Below are positions 60,371 through 64,000 of a DNA stretch of 64,000 nucleotides, piece after piece (the first letter of the stretch is position 1; each line of letters opens with the position of its first letter). Where the stretch lies: the NCBI GenBank assembly GCA_036785375.1, contig JAWMAR010001868.1, forward strand, positions 62,001 through 126,000, in the 5' to 3' direction. The notes beneath the pieces are model-generated. The model had not been told where the DNA came from. It did no database searches and worked only from the letters and a program-made list of their open reading frames with translations. The translations under genes and the position numbers were made by a program. The DNA comes from Leucoraja ocellata. Lineage: Eukaryota.

Positions 60371-61294
60371 CACTTCAATCCTGCCATACCCTATAATCAA
60401 ACACTTGGCCCATGTTGGCCAACCTGGGTCTCACTGCACACCTGGTACTACTCCTGGCCTTGACTCCAGATGCATACCTTCTCTCATTCCTGTCCTTGAG
60501 TCCAGCCTTATACCTGGCCCCCTATTCTACCCTTTTCATAGCTGTTGACCTGCTTAGGTTCCCAGTGCTGAACACGCCCCTGGTCCCAGCTTTGACAGCA
60601 CACCTAGTACTATTCCAGACCTTGACTGGATGCACACTTGGCCTTGCTCCTAGCCCCTTTGCACTGACAATATATCTGCCCACACATAAAGCCCCCATAT
60701 CTGACCCCCTAGATTTAACCTATTACGTTCAAGTCCACAGGTGCTTATCTAATGCAGTAATCTTTTATGGGGGACTTCACAGACCAAATTATGGAAAACA
60801 AAATTTGCTCCATTCATTGGCTTCCTTGTTATCTAACATGCTAATTACTTTGTCAAATAAGTCATCAGTTGGTTGAACACAATTTCTCAACCATAAAATT
60901 ATACCCACTCAGCTGTATAAGTATTCTGTTAACTGTCCTGAAATCATTTTCACCCACAATATTTTCAGTATTTTGCTGTCTTCCTCTCAGCTTGGACTTT
61001 TCCGAAAATGCAAAGTTCGATAACTATATATTTTTAAGCAATATTATTCTATTAAATGTGATCTTGAGAGTACATAGTATTTTCTGTGGTATTGGTGTTG
61101 GCGCAATTTTCCAAAATTTAAGTATGAGTTTTTTTGCCGTTATGAAACCATAATTTAGTAGAGATTTTTGAAATGTATTTTGCTTATTCCCATCTTCCAT
61201 TGATCCAAAGATTTCTGTATTAGGTTAGAGTCTTCTATTAAATAGTTCTGTAAAAATGTCAAAAATGTAATTCCAAAATTTGTAAAGTTTTATA

Positions 61295-62235
61295 CAGGAG
61301 TCAACATGGATTTATGAAAGAGAAATCATGCTTAACTAATCTTCTTGAGGATGTGACAAGTAAAATGGATGAAGGGATGCCAGTGAAGGTAGTGCATCTT
61401 GACTTTCAGAAAGCCTTTGATAAGGTCCCGCACGGGAGGCTGGTGACTAAAATTAGAGCACATGGTATTGGGGGTAGGGTGTTGACATGGATAGAAAATT
61501 GATTGGCAGACCGTAAGCAAAGAGTAGGAGTGAACGGGTCCTTTTCAGAATGGCAGGCAGTTGCGAGTGGAGTGCCGCAAGGCTCGGTGTTCGGGCCATA
61601 ACTGTTTACCATGTATATTAATGATTTGGAAGAGGGAATTTTGCGTGCAGGTACAGCAGGTGGTGAAGAAAGCTAATGGAATGTTGGCCTTCATAACAAG
61701 AGGATTTCAGTATAGGATTAAAGAGGTTCTTCTGCAGTTGTATAGGGCTCTGGTGAGACCACATCTGAAGTATTGTGTGCAGTTGTGGTCTCTTAATTTG
61801 AGGAAGGACATCCTTGTGATTGAGGCAGTGCAGCGTAGGTTCACGAGATTGATCCCTGGGAAGGCGGGACTGTCATATGAGGAAAGATTGAAAAGACTAG
61901 GCTTGTATTCACTGGAGTTCAGAAGGATGAGGGGGTATCTTATGGAAACATATAAAATTATAAAAGGACTGGACAAGCTAGATGCAGGAAAAATGTTCCC
62001 AATGTGGGGCGAGTCCAGAACCAGGGGCCAGCCTTAGAATAAAGGGGAGGTCATTTAAGGCTGAGGTGAGAAAACACTTTCTCACCCAGAGTTGTGAATT
62101 TATGGAATTCTCTGCCACAGAGAGCAGTGGAGGGCAAGTCACTGGATGGATTTAAGAGAGTTAGATAGAGCTCTAGGGCTAGTGGAATCAAGGGATATGG
62201 GGAGAAGGCAGGCACGGGTTATTGATAGGGGATGA
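61295..62235 (+). mobile_element. CR1 LINE 3' fragment with internal deletion
   Basis: ORFs 61314..61502 and 61561..62037. Confidence 0.85.
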
Positions 62236-63011
62236 TAATTTGGGTTATTTTACAGATGAATGCAAGCAACAGGATATCTGAACAGAGGATACAACCGGGA
62301 CATGGATTTCTTCCCCTCCCCTTTCCTTTGATTAGCTTTTCGAATTCCAATCAGTACCTGAAGAATTACTGCAGTTGTGTGACATTTTACGTTAACGCTG
62401 ATACCGACAGATATGAACGGTAGTTCATTTACAATGTACTTTCTGGTCATATCGCCAGCCGACATTACCCTGCTTCAGTGATGGACTGGTGAGGAGAGGG
62501 GCATCAATTCACTGGTCGATCCACAAGTCCAAGGCAGCAGCCTGGAGCTTGCCTGGATTGGGCAATGCCCATAAGGTCTAGAGCGCAGACAGGACTTTGC
62601 AGAAAGTGCCAAAACCTGGCACCTCTTATGTGCGGCGAGCTCAGTAGACTATTTCTGTACACTTTGCTAATGGGGAATTGTGCTTGTATATGGACTGTAT
62701 GTAAGAAAGGCACTGTTTATTTGCACACGTGACAATGAAACCACCATTGAGGGTGGGCCCACAAGTTACAATTCTGAATTGGGGCAAGGCTGACTTTCAT
62801 GGTATTAGATGGGTTGTTTGCTGGCAAAGGTAAATGGGATGTTTTTAAAAGTGGTGACAAGAGTTCAGGGCATGCATGTCCTTCTTCGAGTGAAGGGCAA
62901 AGCAGATGGGGGTTACTTGGATGACGAGAGAAATTGAAGCTCTTGTCAGGATAAAGGAGGAATCGGGCAGGTGTTGGAAGCTGGGACCTTAAGGCGTATG
63001 AAGGAGGATAA

Positions 63012-64000
63012 TGTAGATCAGTGCATGTTCCTTTAACCATAGTGACCTCCCCACTACTAACCACTCCCCATTGTCTCCAGTATAATTGTAGTGTCCCCAC
63101 CTCTAGCTCGCTCTCTAGCTCCAGTGATGACCACGGACAGCTACAGCTTAGTGTAAAGTATCAGTTTAATAAACAGTTACAGTAAAAAGACTTGTGTGTG
63201 TAGTAAGTCATTTTACATGGTGTCACAGCAGTAGACCTGCGTCTCCGTTTATCGGTTTTTGTTTTATTATTTCTTTCTCCCAGTCGTTCCCTCCGTTCGT
63301 TTTGTCATGTCCCACTCCTGTCGTCGACCTGACACGTTGGTTTTCGACACGGACATTGTCCATCGCTGGACCGTGTTCCAGCGCGATTTCGAACACTACA
63401 TCGCTATTGCCCATCCTGATGCCACTCCTGCCGTACAGGCTCACCTGCTGCTCAACCTCGCGGGACCTGCAGCTATGGATCAATATGCATCGTTCCATTT
63501 CGCCGCCGGAGAGGACCGTCACGACCCGGTATGTCTCATGGCTAAGTTCACTGCCCTCTGTGATATACCCACCAATAACATTATAGAACGCTTTAAATTC
63601 TTCCAGAGGCAGCAGTTGCCAGGCGAGCATATCGACGCTTACATTGCCGCTTTGCATCACCTGGCTCGGCGCTGCCGCCTTGAAACAATCACCACAGAAG
63701 AATTAATTAGGGACGTCCTTGTTCATGGTCTCCGCAACGAAAGACTGCGTGAGCAGCTCCTCGTGAAGCCCGATCTGACACTGCGGGATGCAATGTATGC
63801 CGCCCGCATGTCCTCAGCCGTTGGTTCCGTGTCCCGCCCGGCTTCCCAGGACATTAACTTCACCGGTGCAGCCGGTTGCCAGACTATACGACGTAACCCC
63901 GCTGCTTTCCCCATAAAGGTCACCACCTCAACTGCCACGCGCCGCTGCCCTAACTGTCATTTCACATCTCATCCATCAAACGTTTGCCCCGCACAGGGCA
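63012..64000 (+). mobile_element. Ty3/Gypsy LTR retrotransposon 5' end: LTR 63012-63217, PBS from 63218, gag from 63307
   Basis: LTR TGTA...TACA containing TATAAT and AATAAA; TGGTGTCA primer-binding site directly follows. Confidence 0.85.
63307..64000 (+). CDS. Gypsy gag ORF, open to the window end (absent from the ORF track)
   Basis: MSHSCRRPDTLVFDTDIVHRWTVFQRDFEHY...ERFKFFQRQQLPGEHIDAYIAALHHLARRC...LIRDVLVHGLRNERLREQLL...CPNCHFTSHPSNVC (capsid-like region + zinc knuckle). Confidence 0.85.
   Translation, partial: MSHSCRRPDTLVFDTDIVHRWTVFQRDFEHYIAIAHPDATPAVQAHLLLNLAGPAAMDQYASFHFAAGEDRHDPVCLMAKFTALCDIPTNNIIERFKFFQRQQLPGEHIDAYIAALHHLARRCRLETITTEELIRDVLVHGLRNERLREQLLVKPDLTLRDAMYAARMSSAVGSVSRPASQDINFTGAAGCQTIRRNPAAFPIKVTTSTATRRCPNCHFTSHPSNVCPAQG

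Overview
Eukaryotic, repeat-rich DNA from a cartilaginous fish, most likely a skate or ray (inferred from the immunoglobulin sequence and repeat families). The only host gene is one complete cluster-type IgM heavy-chain gene on the + strand (8823-20992): leader, V, CH1-CH4 with secretory tail, TM1 and TM2. V, a 12-nt D/N-like stretch and J are already fused with no recombination signal sequences, so this is a pre-joined VDJ. As assembled, the join is out of frame (GGA TT GGC TAC TGG; one more base would restore it), although every constant and TM exon is intact. The remainder is nested transposable elements. These include CR1 LINEs (two near full-length copies with nearly identical ORF2 but different ORF1), Rex1/Babar, L2, L1-type and I/Nimb LINEs, and Penelope-like elements carrying minimal hammerhead ribozyme motifs. 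One such motif lies sense inside the IgM J-C intron. Also present are V-SINEs, several non-autonomous DNA transposons with clear TSDs, the 5' end of a Gypsy LTR element, and a multi-kb inverted structure flanked by an outward-facing telomere-like 10-mer satellite. Two assembly gaps lie between CH4 and TM1. No database searches or alignments were run; family assignments come from motif recognition.
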